This document shows positions 1-9,941 of a stretch of DNA of 64,000 nt, piece after piece; position 1 is the stretch's first letter, and each line of letters begins with the position of its first letter. A program made the position numbers and the translations under genes. Source of the stretch: Roseibacillus sp. (lineage in GTDB: Bacteria > Verrucomicrobiota > Verrucomicrobiia > Verrucomicrobiales > Akkermansiaceae). The notes under the pieces are model-generated. The model was not told where the DNA came from, searched no databases, and saw nothing but the letters and a program-made list of their open reading frames with translations. The stretch is from the NCBI GenBank assembly GCA_051251855.1, contig JBPOGI010000001.1, forward strand, positions 864,001-928,000, given 5' to 3'.

Positions 1-821
1 CCTTCGCTGCGGACGAGCTGGGCCTCCCACTCGGGTTCAAAGTCGTCGTGATGCTCGGTGAGGCCATCCTTGATGATCGCGGGAGTGGCTTCGAGGGTGC
101 TTTGATTTTGGAAAGGGGTGAAAGGGAGGTCTTTAGGAGAAACAGGGAGGCGGACTTCGGCGAAGTCGGTTGCAAAGATTTGAGCCAATGAAGTATTGGT
201 GCCTACTGATTGTCCGGGGCCGACAGTTCGCTCGCGCACGCAGCCATCGAAGGGGGCGACAATTTTGGTGTAGATCTTGTTGCGGCGGGATTCTGCCAAC
301 TGTGCTTGCGCGGTTTTCAGGTTTGCGTTTGCTTCTCTGAGTTGAGGAATGCGGAGAACGAGGTCGTTGGGCTTTTCGGTGTAGCCAAGGTCTTGCCAGT
401 TGAGTTCGGCCTGCTTGGCGCGGGCTTCTTCTTGAGCCAATGCGGCTTCGGCTCGTGCCACTTGAGCCTCCCCGGCAATGATGTCCGCTTCGGTGTCAGT
501 GGCGTCTAGGGTGACAAGAATATCTCCGCGCCGGAAGAAGGCTCCTACCTCGAAGTTGGGATGGAGGCTTTCGACTCGGCCTGAGATACGAGAGGTGAGG
601 CTGGTTTCGGTTTGAGCTTGGACCACGCCCCGGGTTCGAATTGTGATTTGATAATCTTGACGTTCCAAGGGAATGACTTCCGCCTTCTGAACTATTCTTT
701 TTCGGGGGCCTCCACCCGAATCTTCTTCTTCCTTGGTCCACTTGTGCATAGCAGCCCAGCCAAGATAGAATCCAAGCCCAAGAATAGGCAGGGGAAGCAG
801 AAATCGAAGAAGCAGACGCAT
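1..821 (-). CDS. RND efflux periplasmic adaptor (membrane fusion protein), 3' end runs off the window
   Basis: Not in the ORF track. Manual translation from ATG 821 gives MRLLLRFLLPLPILGLGFYLGWAA (membrane anchor), then TRGVVQAQTETSLTSRISGRVE...GDILVTLD, a helical hairpin and TKIVAPFDGCV, the lipoyl-hairpin MFP pattern. The frame is open as far as I translated it. Confidence 0.88.
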   Translation of the reverse strand, partial: MRLLLRFLLPLPILGLGFYLGWAAMHKWTKEEEDSGGGPRKRIVQKAEVIPLERQDYQITIRTRGVVQAQTETSLTSRISGRVESLHPNFEVGAFFRRGDILVTLDATDTEADIIAGEAQVARAEAALAQEEARAKQAELNWQDLGYTEKPNDLVLRIPQLREANANLKTAQAQLAESRRNKIYTKIVAPFDGCVRERTVGPGQSVGTNTSLAQIFATDFAEVRLPVSPKDLPFTPFQNQSTLEATPAIIKDGLTEHHDDFEPEWEAQLVRSE

Positions 822-973
822 TGTTGGGTTATCCTACGCGACCTAGGCCCCTATTTCCATCGTTGGAAACGCATTTTTTTCGGAAAAGTGAAGGAAAGTG
901 GTGTTTTGATGCTTTGGTGCTGTTTTTTGGGGGCTTTACCGTAGTGGTTCTATCACTCAACTTCCTCCGAAGA

Positions 974-1594
974 ATGCCCGACTACTCTTTTGAAATTTCA
1001 GCCCGTGAAAAGGGCTATCGCTTTGTGGCGGGAATCGATGAAGCGGGGCGGGGGCCTCTCGCTGGACCTGTCTCAGCAGCAGCGGTGATTCTTCCCGAGG
1101 GCGCCGAAATCGAAGGCCTCAATGATTCGAAGAAGCTTTCGGAGAAGGCGCGGGAGCGGATTTTCGAGGAGTTGATGGAATTATCTTCGATTCAATGGGG
1201 GCATTCCTTTGCCGAGGCGGCTGAGATCGACGAAATTAATATTCTGCAGGCTACGCATGTAGCGATGGCTCGAGCTGTGGGTAAGCTTCCCAAAACGGAC
1301 TATGCGCTGATCGATGGAAGACCAGTGAAGGATTTTCCACTTCCTTCCGAGGGGATTGTGAAAGGGGACGGTAAGAGTCTCTCTATTGCCGCAGCGAGTA
1401 TAATCGCCAAGGTGATGAGAGACCGCTTGATGGTAGAGTGGGACCGCGAGTATCCTAAATATGGCTTTGCGAAGCACAAGGGATATGGCACCAAGATGCA
1501 TCTCGAAGCACTTCGAACCTATGGTCCTTGCCCGCTCCATCGTCGCTCGTTTGCACCCGTTGCTTTGGCAGCCAGTGGCTCTGGGCAAGGGTGA
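974..1594 (+). CDS. rnhB: Ribonuclease HII
   Basis: AGIDEAGRGPLAGPV, LNDSKKLSE, IVKGD..S.SIAAASIIAKV.RD and YGFAKHKGYGT motifs. Start placed at ATG 974 (MPDYSFE). Confidence 0.96.
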   Translation: MPDYSFEISAREKGYRFVAGIDEAGRGPLAGPVSAAAVILPEGAEIEGLNDSKKLSEKARERIFEELMELSSIQWGHSFAEAAEIDEINILQATHVAMARAVGKLPKTDYALIDGRPVKDFPLPSEGIVKGDGKSLSIAAASIIAKVMRDRLMVEWDREYPKYGFAKHKGYGTKMHLEALRTYGPCPLHRRSFAPVALAASGSGQG

Positions 1595-1958
1595 AGAGCG
1601 AATTTCAACTCAGGAAATCGGTGACCTCGGTGAAAAAATTGCTCGAGAATGGCTCTGGTCATCGAGGCGGAAGGTGCTTTATCGCAATTTTAGAGCTCCT
1701 CATGGTGGGGAGGTCGATATTGTGGCTCGCGATGGCCGGATGCTTTGCTTTGTAGAGGTGAAAACTCGGACAAAACGAGGCGAAGGCCGTCCTTTGGATG
1801 CAGTCGACCGGCCTAAGCAAGAGTTGATCGAAAGAGGGGCCCGCGAGTGGCTGAGGCTATTAGGCCGACGCGATCTGCCGTGTCGCTATGATGTTATTGA
1901 GGTGATTCTTATCGAGGGGGAGCGTCCCGATGTCACATTAATTGCCAATGCGTTCTAG
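1575..1958 (+). CDS. yraN: YraN family (UPF0102) PD-(D/E)xK nuclease-like protein
   Basis: GDLGE.IA, RNFR...GEVDIVA, FVEVKTR and RYDVI motifs, in the usual position after rnhB. Start uncertain (GTG 1575 or ATG 1521). Confidence 0.9.
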   Translation: MALGKGEERISTQEIGDLGEKIAREWLWSSRRKVLYRNFRAPHGGEVDIVARDGRMLCFVEVKTRTKRGEGRPLDAVDRPKQELIERGAREWLRLLGRRDLPCRYDVIEVILIEGERPDVTLIANAF

Positions 1959-1961
1959 AGA

Positions 1962-2360
1962 CTATTTTTTGCTAATTTTGACCGCTTGCTTCACTAGTTT
2001 CATGGCGAAAGAGAGATCAAGGTCTTCGAGTTTTTTGAATCGAACACAAGATTTACCGCAATTCACTTTCCCCAAGTCGTTTGCGTGCTTCTCCACCAGA
2101 TAGCCCTCATCGTCACAAGCCGAGAGGTAGAGCGCAAAGTTGTTCTTTTGTACTGCTAAGCCGACCAAGAACCATTCACCTTCGCTTCCTGACTTGGTCT
2201 CGTAGGGGCCGTAGCCGATCATTCCATAGGCAATGGCAGGTTTGAGTGCTGGAGCGGCCTTGCGAATGGCTTGGTGAACCCGACTGATGTCTTTTCGACG
2301 CTCTCTTGGAACCCACTCAAGATATTCTTCAGGAGTTTTCACGGTAGTAGGGCACTTCAT
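1962..2360 (-). CDS. DUF1801 (YdhG-like) domain protein
   Basis: T.EEYL...P.ERR, MIGYG, VGLA.QKN..ALY and LGK..CGKSC.RFKKLEDLD pattern. Confidence 0.8.
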   Translation of the reverse strand: MKCPTTVKTPEEYLEWVPRERRKDISRVHQAIRKAAPALKPAIAYGMIGYGPYETKSGSEGEWFLVGLAVQKNNFALYLSACDDEGYLVEKHANDLGKVNCGKSCVRFKKLEDLDLSFAMKLVKQAVKISKK

Positions 2361-2468
2361 CTTGGCAAAGAGACCAGAAAGAGAGACGGAATAGGAAAAA
2401 ACGAGAGCTCGTAATGCCTGATAGCCGGCGACGAGGTTGGTTCAACGCAATTCCTGTCCCGCAATTTC

Positions 2469-2498
2469 TTGCATTCTTTGCAAAGACAGTGGTAGCCT
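2469..2498 (+). promoter_or_regulatory. Putative sigma70-type promoter of the SNF2 gene, with a palindrome in the spacer
   Basis: TTGCAT-N18-TAGCCT with TG just upstream of the -10. The perfect 12-bp palindrome TCTTTGCAAAGA lies at 2475-2486. Confidence 0.4.
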
Positions 2499-2546
2499 TC
2501 GCGCCCCTCGCCCTATTGCATGGGTAAGGAATTACAGTTCTCTATT

Positions 2547-5500
2547 ATGTCGGAATCCTTGATGTCGTCTCTCAACCCGGACCGGGCCACTCTCAATTTT
2601 CTCAACAGCTTCCCAGAAGCCGTTCAAAAGCGCGGCGAAAAGCTGCAACAAGAGGGGGGAGTTTCTCAAATTTTTGGTAACCATCTCTTCATTCAAGGAC
2701 GGGTCGAGGAAAAGGGGAGTACCCACCGCACCACCCTTCGTTTGCAGGGCAATCGTTGGTTCGGAAGTTGTACTGCGGAAGACGAGAAGTCCTCAGGTGC
2801 AGCGCAATACGCGACCATGTTGGAGCGCTTACAGCGCGGCGAAGACCTTCCAGAGTCTCCCAATGAGTTTGACGACGCACCCGTTCTCGACCTGATCGAG
2901 GAAAAGCTCGACCGTGAGCTCGATGACAAGGAGGCCGACTTTGTTTCTAAAGTTGAAAAGCGCTATCGCCGCTATGCTATCGAAGGCGAAATGCACGACC
3001 ACGACATGGTACGTTTAAGCCCCCGCTGGGAAATTCAGAGCTACGAGCCCCTCGAGCTCTGGCCCGTGCCTCCCGGAGATATTCTCGAGTTCTGGAACTA
3101 CATCGCCTACGCTTTTTACAAAAAGAAGCTGCCATACCCTGAGTTCATGAACTGCATTACCGACCTAGCGGACGTGCAGAAAAAGATGAGCGAATGGGAG
3201 CAAGAGCGAGAAATTGCTTCTTGGTATGAGCGCATCGAGAGTGTCAACGAGCGTCCGCCTCAGGAGCTGCCAGTTGAGATTGAGCTTCGTATTGTTGCCA
3301 CAATGAACGAGGCGCGTCTGCAAGCACGCGAAAAGAATGGAGCGGAGGATGGTCCTTGGTATCCAGTTGCCGAAAAGCCCGAAGTGGAGCGCCTGAAGTC
3401 ACTCTATTCGGATTCAGCTCTACGCATGGATGCTTCGAGTCAGATTTTGTGGGAAGAATTCATCTCTTACCTCGATCGCACCAATGATGCCAAGCTGGAC
3501 CTCGACGACGAAGAGGCTTGCGCCATCATGAACCGGCTTTTCCGTCAGGAAGCGCTCAAGGGCTATTTGGTCAACCTCGACGAGAAGCACTTCAAAGTGG
3601 TCAATGAGCCGCTTAAGTGGCAGTGCGAAGATGTTCCTGGGAACCAAGGACTCTTTGGACTCCAGTTGGTAACGAAGTCGGGTGAGCCTGTTTCACACTC
3701 CGTCCGTCTTCTCCCTGGTCGTGAGGAACTCTATCAGTCCGACGAAACCGTTTTTCCCGGGCCGCCACGCTGGTTAGATGATACCGAGGTGATGCCTCGA
3801 TACGATATCCCCAATGGAGTGATTGATTCTTTGGAAGGGATCGAATTTCTTCGCAAGATTGGCGCGACCTTGCCGCCATCCATGAAGCGCCGCGTCGTCG
3901 ACCTCGACCTTTATCCGCGTTTCGAGATGCGTATTGAGCAAGGGCTGACCGCTGCCGAGACCGAGCACCTCGTCATGGATGTGACTGCGCTTGAGAAAAA
4001 GGAGCGTCGTACCGAGAAGCTCATCCGAAGTGGTTGGGATGTGACTGAACAGAAGCCAGTAAAAGGAAATCAGCTTCTTCGCTTTGCGCGTGAGAAACTC
4101 TATCCGGTTCCTGACCTCCTCTCTGAAATGGGGCTGACTTTTGATGAGAAGTTGGGCGAGTTTAAATCGCGCGTTACCAAGCAATTTCCCGAGAAGTTTG
4201 CAGAGTGGGCCGAAAACATGCCCGACTTTGTCGATGTCATCATGGATGGGAAGCTCAAGACCATTCTCGCCGACCCTGTTTCAGCAGCGATTCGCTTTGA
4301 GGTCATCAACCAAGAGATCGACTGGTTCGACCTTCGTGTTGTTATTGATGTTGAAGGAGTCAATCTTTCCAAAGCGCAAATCCGCCAACTCGTTGCTGCC
4401 CGTGGGGGATATGTCCGCATGGACGACGGCACATGGATGCGTCTCGAAATCAAGCTCGACGACGACCAGCGGGATGCTGTCACTCGTCTCGGCCTCGATC
4501 CCTTTGACCTTTCTGGTGAAACCCACCGCATGCATGCCATGCAGTTGGCTGATCCCAAAGCTGCCGAGGTCTTCGACCCCAAAGCATGGAAGCGTATCAA
4601 AGACCGCGCCAAGGATATACAATTGGACTCCAAAGCGGAGGTTCCTGATTCCCTCGATGCCGAGCTTCGTCCGTATCAGACCGAAGGCTTCAAATTCCTC
4701 GCCTACCTTGCAACCAACGGTTTCGGTGGAATTCTTGCCGATGATATGGGGCTCGGGAAGACCGTGCAAAGTATCGCCTACATTCTTTGGCTACGTGAAG
4801 CTGCAATTGCCTCGAAAACAAAGACTCCGGCCTTGGTTGTTTGTCCCAAGTCCGTCCTCGACGTTTGGGCTATGGAGACCACCAAATTTGCTCCGTTCCT
4901 CAACGTGCAGGTTCTCCGCAGTCGCGACGAATTCGACGAAGAGAATATCAAAAAGAACGTTGATGTTCTTGTTCTCAACTATGCCCAGCTCCGCGTTTGT
5001 TCGGAAGAACTTAAGACCGTGCGTTGGAACGTGGTGGTGCTCGACGAAGGTCAGCAGATTAAGAACCCAGACTCCAAGGCTGCCAAGGGTGCCCGCGAAC
5101 TGGAAGCTCAGAACCGTCTCGTCCTCACCGGAACTCCTATTGAGAACCGCCTCATGGACATGTGGTCACTAATGGCCTTCGCGATGCCTGGTGTCCTCGG
5201 CAGTCGCGCTTACTTCAAGAAACGCTTCGACAAGCGTAAGGATCCGATGTCGCAGAACCGCCTCGCGGCGCGTCTCCGTCCTTTCCTTTTGCGCCGAACT
5301 AAGTTGCAAGTGGCGAAAGATCTTCCGCCTCGGACCGAGGAAGAAGTCTACTCCAAGATGGAAGGCATCCAGTTCGAGATGTATAAGGCTGAGCTCAAAC
5401 GTATTCAAAAGGCTCTTCTGGGACTCGATTCTGACGAGGCAGTTAAGAAGAATTCCTTTGCGATTCTACAAGGTCTGATGCGCTTGCGTCAGATTTGCTG

Positions 5501-6086
5501 TCACCCCGGTCTCATCGACCCGAAGTATCTCAAGGAAGAAAGCTCAAAGCTCACTTCTTTGTTCTACCTTCTCGACCAACTGCGGGAAGAGGGGCACAAA
5601 GTTCTCGTCTTCTCTCAGTTCGTTTCGATGTTAGAAATCATCAAGGCGCAGCTGGAAGTGGATAGCCGGCCCTTCAACTATCTCACCGGACAAACCAAAG
5701 ATCGTCGTGGTGAGATCGAGAAGTTCCAGACTACCAAGGATCCATCCGTCTTCCTTCTTTCCCTCAAAGCTGGGGGAGCAGGCCTCAACCTTACCTCGGC
5801 CTCATACGTTATCTTGTATGATCCCTGGTGGAACCCAGCGGTTGAGAACCAAGCGATTGACCGAACTCACCGTATTGGTCAGAAGAATAAGGTTATTGCT
5901 TACCGACTCCTTACTCGGGATTCCGTGGAAGAAAAAATTCGTGTTCTTCAGCACCAGAAGACGGCGCTGGTGACCAATGTCCTCGGTGATGAAGGCTTTG
6001 CGAGTAACCTCGGAATAGACGATTTGCAGTTCATCCTTAGCCATGGCGGGGAGCAGGAGGAAGAAGAGGAAGTTGCCACGGAATAG
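2547..6086 (+). CDS. SNF2-family (SWI2/SNF2) helicase/ATPase
   Basis: LRPYQ, GGILADDMGLGKT, VVLDEGQQIKN, LTGTPIEN, FLLRRTK, LVFSQF, SLKAGGAGLNL and DPWWNPAVENQAIDR.HRIGQ motifs, after a long N-terminal region. Confidence 0.95.
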   Translation: MSESLMSSLNPDRATLNFLNSFPEAVQKRGEKLQQEGGVSQIFGNHLFIQGRVEEKGSTHRTTLRLQGNRWFGSCTAEDEKSSGAAQYATMLERLQRGEDLPESPNEFDDAPVLDLIEEKLDRELDDKEADFVSKVEKRYRRYAIEGEMHDHDMVRLSPRWEIQSYEPLELWPVPPGDILEFWNYIAYAFYKKKLPYPEFMNCITDLADVQKKMSEWEQEREIASWYERIESVNERPPQELPVEIELRIVATMNEARLQAREKNGAEDGPWYPVAEKPEVERLKSLYSDSALRMDASSQILWEEFISYLDRTNDAKLDLDDEEACAIMNRLFRQEALKGYLVNLDEKHFKVVNEPLKWQCEDVPGNQGLFGLQLVTKSGEPVSHSVRLLPGREELYQSDETVFPGPPRWLDDTEVMPRYDIPNGVIDSLEGIEFLRKIGATLPPSMKRRVVDLDLYPRFEMRIEQGLTAAETEHLVMDVTALEKKERRTEKLIRSGWDVTEQKPVKGNQLLRFAREKLYPVPDLLSEMGLTFDEKLGEFKSRVTKQFPEKFAEWAENMPDFVDVIMDGKLKTILADPVSAAIRFEVINQEIDWFDLRVVIDVEGVNLSKAQIRQLVAARGGYVRMDDGTWMRLEIKLDDDQRDAVTRLGLDPFDLSGETHRMHAMQLADPKAAEVFDPKAWKRIKDRAKDIQLDSKAEVPDSLDAELRPYQTEGFKFLAYLATNGFGGILADDMGLGKTVQSIAYILWLREAAIASKTKTPALVVCPKSVLDVWAMETTKFAPFLNVQVLRSRDEFDEENIKKNVDVLVLNYAQLRVCSEELKTVRWNVVVLDEGQQIKNPDSKAAKGARELEAQNRLVLTGTPIENRLMDMWSLMAFAMPGVLGSRAYFKKRFDKRKDPMSQNRLAARLRPFLLRRTKLQVAKDLPPRTEEEVYSKMEGIQFEMYKAELKRIQKALLGLDSDEAVKKNSFAILQGLMRLRQICCHPGLIDPKYLKEESSKLTSLFYLLDQLREEGHKVLVFSQFVSMLEIIKAQLEVDSRPFNYLTGQTKDRRGEIEKFQTTKDPSVFLLSLKAGGAGLNLTSASYVILYDPWWNPAVENQAIDRTHRIGQKNKVIAYRLLTRDSVEEKIRVLQHQKTALVTNVLGDEGFASNLGIDDLQFILSHGGEQEEEEEVATE

Positions 6087-6133
6087 GTGAGCCCCTGGGT
6101 TTGCCTATCATTGAAAGCTCTCGCACTTCTTGC

Positions 6134-6372
6134 GTGATTCGGGTCTAAGGTTACGACAAATGCGTGACTTGTACGAAGGCATAAAAGTGTCTAGGGGCAT
6201 GGATTACCGTCCGCTCGACCTTAAGGACAAGATTTCGACCCTAAGCCAAGCCGAAGCTTTTGCTCTTCTGCAGGGCAACGGCATGTTGGTGAAAAGGCCC
6301 TTTCTTATCAGAGATGGCAAAGCTCTGACTGGTTTTCGTGAAAAGGAATGGGTCGTAACTTTCTCAGGATAG
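6134..6372 (+). pseudogene. Degraded ArsC/Spx/MgsR (YffB-like) family gene
   Basis: The frame from GTG 6134 reads VIRV*GYDKCVTCTKA*KCL (CxxC motif, two in-frame TAA). A different frame carries GMDYR..LKDK...GNGMLVKRPF...GF.E..W. The central segment is missing. Confidence 0.8.
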
Positions 6373-6484
6373 AAGAATCATTCCGAGTAGCCCTAAAATC
6401 TGTCCGGATTTTCAGTAAAAGCACAAAGAATCCGCAATCAAGGGTTGAAAGCTGGGCGAGGATTCGCAATGTCGCTGGACGCAA

Positions 6485-8101
6485 ATGCTGACGATCAAAA
6501 ATCTCACCAAGGCCATGGGCGGTCGTACGCTCTTTAGGGAAGCTAATTTGACTGTGAACTGGGGTGAGCGGGTCGCGCTGGTGGGTCCCAATGGAGCCGG
6601 TAAATCGACTCTCTTTAAGATCGTGCTCGATGAAGAGACGATGGACGAGGGCACGGTAGAGCGCGATGACTACGCCATCACCGGTTTCCTCGCCCAGGAA
6701 GCGGGAGAGCCAACAGACGAGACTATCATCGAGATTGCGATGGGCATCGATGATGAGATGGTGAACATTTTGCGTAGCATCCGCGAAGGAGAGGCGAGCG
6801 GTAAATTAGACACACCCGAGTTTGCAAAGGCACAGGACCGATTCACGGAACTCAATGGATATGCGCTCGAGCCTAAAGCCAAAAAGATTTTGTCCGGATT
6901 GGGCTTCAAGCAGGACGATTTCGAGAAGTCAGCACGCGAGTTTTCTGGAGGTTGGGTGATGCGTTCTCATATCGCTCGATTGTTGGTGATGGAGCCGGAC
7001 TTGTTGATGATGGATGAGCCTACGAACCACCTTGACTTGATGTCGCTGCGTTGGTTTCAACGCTATCTTTCCAATTATCCCGGTGCGATTTTGATGATTT
7101 CGCACGACCGTGAATTTATGGATGGCCTTGTGGAGCAAGTGGTGGAGATCGACCCAGATGAGATGGCGCTGGTGAGTTACACTGGCAACTACTCTTCCTA
7201 CCAGGAGCAGCGCCAGGCGCGCTACGATCAGAAGGTGCAGGCGTGGCGTAATCACAAGAAGGAGATGGACCGGGTTCAAGAGTTCATCGACCGCTTCCGT
7301 AATGTGGGCTCGAAGTCTACGCAGGTGCAGGACCGGATTCGTCAGTTGGACAAGATGAAGGAGAAGATGCAAAAGCCGCGTGCGCCGCGGAAGGCTTTCA
7401 AGTTCAATTTCCCGGAGCCGCCACGCGCAAACCAGAAAGTGGTGGAGCTTGAGAAGATTCATCAGGCCTATGGCGAAAAGAAGATTTATGAGGGTCTCGA
7501 CCTGACCTTGGAGCGGGGAGAGAAGATTGTTCTCGTGGGGCCGAATGGTGCCGGTAAATCGACGCTGTTGAAGATTATCTCCGGTCACTTGGAATTCCAA
7601 AGTGGTGAGCGCAAGGTCGGTTATGCCACCAAGATGGGCTATTTTTCCCAGCACCGCACTGATTCATTGAATGAGGACAACACCGTTCTCGATGAAGTGA
7701 TGGCTGCGAACAAGACGCTTGCAGAGGACGAGGTGCGAGCGGTCTTGGGTTCCTTCTTGTTCCGACGGTCCGATGTCGACAAGCGGATTCGAGTGCTCTC
7801 CGGCGGCGAGAAGTCCCGCTTGAACCTCGTGAAGTTTTTGGTCGATCCACCGAACTTGTTGTTGATGGATGAGCCTACGACTCACTTGGATATTAATTCT
7901 ATTGATGCCCTGGTGCAGGGCTTGAAGAACTATGCGGGAACGCTGGTCTTCATCTCACACGATGTTCACTTCATTCGGTCACTGGCGGAAACGACGCTGC
8001 ATATCAATAATGGTGCGGTGACGCGTTACACCGGTGGCTACGATTACTTTATTGAGAAGAGTGGCTTGGATGATGACCGAGCGGCTGTGACAGCGGAGTA
8101 G
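6485..8101 (+). CDS. ABC-F family ATP-binding protein (ribosome-associated)
   Basis: Two ABC domains (GPNGAGKSTL twice, FSGGW and LSGGEK signatures, MDEPTNHLD and MDEPTTHLD) joined by a helical linker. No TM segments. Confidence 0.93.
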   Translation: MLTIKNLTKAMGGRTLFREANLTVNWGERVALVGPNGAGKSTLFKIVLDEETMDEGTVERDDYAITGFLAQEAGEPTDETIIEIAMGIDDEMVNILRSIREGEASGKLDTPEFAKAQDRFTELNGYALEPKAKKILSGLGFKQDDFEKSAREFSGGWVMRSHIARLLVMEPDLLMMDEPTNHLDLMSLRWFQRYLSNYPGAILMISHDREFMDGLVEQVVEIDPDEMALVSYTGNYSSYQEQRQARYDQKVQAWRNHKKEMDRVQEFIDRFRNVGSKSTQVQDRIRQLDKMKEKMQKPRAPRKAFKFNFPEPPRANQKVVELEKIHQAYGEKKIYEGLDLTLERGEKIVLVGPNGAGKSTLLKIISGHLEFQSGERKVGYATKMGYFSQHRTDSLNEDNTVLDEVMAANKTLAEDEVRAVLGSFLFRRSDVDKRIRVLSGGEKSRLNLVKFLVDPPNLLLMDEPTTHLDINSIDALVQGLKNYAGTLVFISHDVHFIRSLAETTLHINNGAVTRYTGGYDYFIEKSGLDDDRAAVTAE

Positions 8102-8107
8102 CGAATA

Positions 8108-8132
8108 GACCGCGAGCTGAAGACTCGCGGTC
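8108..8132. terminator. Hairpin between convergent genes (terminator or REP-like)
   Basis: GACCGCGAG-CTGAAGA-CTCGCGGTC, a 9-bp perfect stem between the ABC-F and PolX stops. No clear U tract. Confidence 0.5.
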
Positions 8133-8150
8133 CGTAGGGACAATCGTTTC

Positions 8151-9881
8151 TTACTTTGCCAAGTATTTCTTCACCTCGTCCAAGGGCCGAGTATTGAGAA
8201 GGTCTTCTTTGCGGAGCCAGCCTTTCTGAGCGACTTTGATGCCGAAGTGGAGAGCTTGCAGACCATCAGTGCTGTGGGCATCCGTATTGAGTGAGCAGAG
8301 AACCCCTTTGTCGCGTGCCCGCTTCCAGTATTTCCAATCCATGTCCATTCGTTTGGCTGAACAGTTGAGTTCGATGATGGTGCCAGTGGCAGCGGCGGCA
8401 TCGATGACTTTGTCGAGATTGATGGGGTAAGGGTCTCGGCGAAGAAGAAGGCGTCCTGTTGAATGGCCTAGCATGGTGACATGAGGATTTTCAATGGCTC
8501 TGATGACACGTGCGGTCATTTCCTCTTCGGGGAGCGAGAAGGAGTTGTGAACGGAGGCGACAACGAAATCGAGTTGGTCGAGGATGTTATCGTGAAAGTC
8601 GAGACTGCCATCGCGAAGGATATCGACTTCGGAACCGGCGAACAAGTGGATGGCGCCAGCGAGCTCCTTGTTCATGGCCTCAATGTCAGCGACTTGTTTG
8701 AGGAGGCGTTCTTCGTCGAGTCCACGCGCTTGCGGAGAAGATTTGGAGTGGTCGGTGATGCCAAGATATTCGAGGCCAAGGTCGATGGCAGCGTCTGCCA
8801 TTTCACGCAGCGTATTACGCCCATCGGACTCGGTGGTGTGGCAATGGAAGGTGCCTTTGAGTTGCTCTTGTTGAATGAGCTTGGGGAGCTGGTTGTCGGC
8901 GGCCGCTTGAATTTCTCCCCGGTTTTCGCGCAGGGCCGGATGGATGTAGGAGAGGTCGAGAGCGTCGTAGAGCTCGGCTTCGGTGCGAATCTCGGGGAGT
9001 TCTTGGGCGTTGTCCTTAGTGGGGGAAAGATCGTATTCGTTGAGGGACCATCCTTTCTTCAAAGCGAGAGAGCGAATGGCGACGTTGTGTTCCTTTGAGC
9101 CAGTGAAGTATTGTAGCGCAAAGGGGAATTGAGAGGAAGACACCGCGCGAAGGTCGCATTGGAGGCCATTGCTGAGACGGATGGCGGCTTTGGTGTCTCC
9201 TTGAGCCATCGTTTCGATGCTGTCTTCGTAAGCGACGAAATATTTGGTGAGTTCTTCGGGGGCATCAGTGGCGACGAGGAAATCGACGTCGTGCACGGTC
9301 TCTTTGCCGCGACGGTAAGAGCCTGCCACTTCGAGTTGGTGAATGGCCGGATGTTGGAGGAGATACTCACGAAGAGGCTCGGCTGCGTGAGCTGCAACGG
9401 AGAGGAGGTAGCGACCAGAGAAGCGTTCGCGGGTCTCAATGGCAGCGAGGATTTTCTCGGCGGTCTTGGCGCCGAAGCCTTTCATGCTTGCGACGGAACC
9501 GTCTTCGCAGGCTCGCTTGAGAGCTCCCAGAGTGCTAATGTCGAGTTCATCATAGAGAGCTTTAATTTTCTTAGGTCCAAGCCCTTGTAATTCGAAAAGT
9601 TCGAAGAGGGTTTCGGGGAACTCGTGCTTGAGGTCGAGATGGTATTGCAGGACACCTTTGGAGGCGAGTTCGTGGAGCTTTTGTTGGAGAGCGTCACCAA
9701 TCCCTTTGATGCCTTTCAGTTCGTCGTCTTTGGCGAGTTGGAGGAAATCGCCTTCGAAATCTCGAATAATATCGGCACCGTTGCGGTAGGCTCGGGTTTT
9801 GAAAGGGTTCTCGCCCTTCAACTCCAGCAGGAGGGCGATTTCTTCGAGAGTAGCGGCGAGGTCTTCAGCTGTCAGGGACAC
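8151..9881 (-). CDS. polX: DNA polymerase X with PHP 3'-5' exonuclease domain
   Basis: GENPFK.RAY, HhH repeats, GSYRRGKETVHDVDFL, YFTGSKEHN, and PHP motifs HCHT, TDHS, HSTGR, NTDAH. GTG start. Confidence 0.95.
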   Translation of the reverse strand: MSLTAEDLAATLEEIALLLELKGENPFKTRAYRNGADIIRDFEGDFLQLAKDDELKGIKGIGDALQQKLHELASKGVLQYHLDLKHEFPETLFELFELQGLGPKKIKALYDELDISTLGALKRACEDGSVASMKGFGAKTAEKILAAIETRERFSGRYLLSVAAHAAEPLREYLLQHPAIHQLEVAGSYRRGKETVHDVDFLVATDAPEELTKYFVAYEDSIETMAQGDTKAAIRLSNGLQCDLRAVSSSQFPFALQYFTGSKEHNVAIRSLALKKGWSLNEYDLSPTKDNAQELPEIRTEAELYDALDLSYIHPALRENRGEIQAAADNQLPKLIQQEQLKGTFHCHTTESDGRNTLREMADAAIDLGLEYLGITDHSKSSPQARGLDEERLLKQVADIEAMNKELAGAIHLFAGSEVDILRDGSLDFHDNILDQLDFVVASVHNSFSLPEEEMTARVIRAIENPHVTMLGHSTGRLLLRRDPYPINLDKVIDAAAATGTIIELNCSAKRMDMDWKYWKRARDKGVLCSLNTDAHSTDGLQALHFGIKVAQKGWLRKEDLLNTRPLDEVKKYLAK

Positions 9882-9941
9882 GCCAAGAGCATGGCGCCTC
9901 CGTGATTTTCTTCCAGTGCGGAAGGTGAAAATTTTTGGCAG

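Noticed and set aside
4141..5172. 343-aa alternative-frame ORF inside the SNF2 gene
   Set aside because: Ser/Pro/Thr-rich frame shadow with no motifs, fully overlapping a well-supported gene.
6583..7565. Repeated DNA motif (...GCCGGTAAATCGAC) in the ABC-F gene
   Set aside because: It simply encodes the two Walker A motifs.
8151..9881. PolX as an inactive or defence-associated variant
   Set aside because: The polymerase Asp triad (DVD plus CDLR) and the PHP ligands look intact, and the context is housekeeping.
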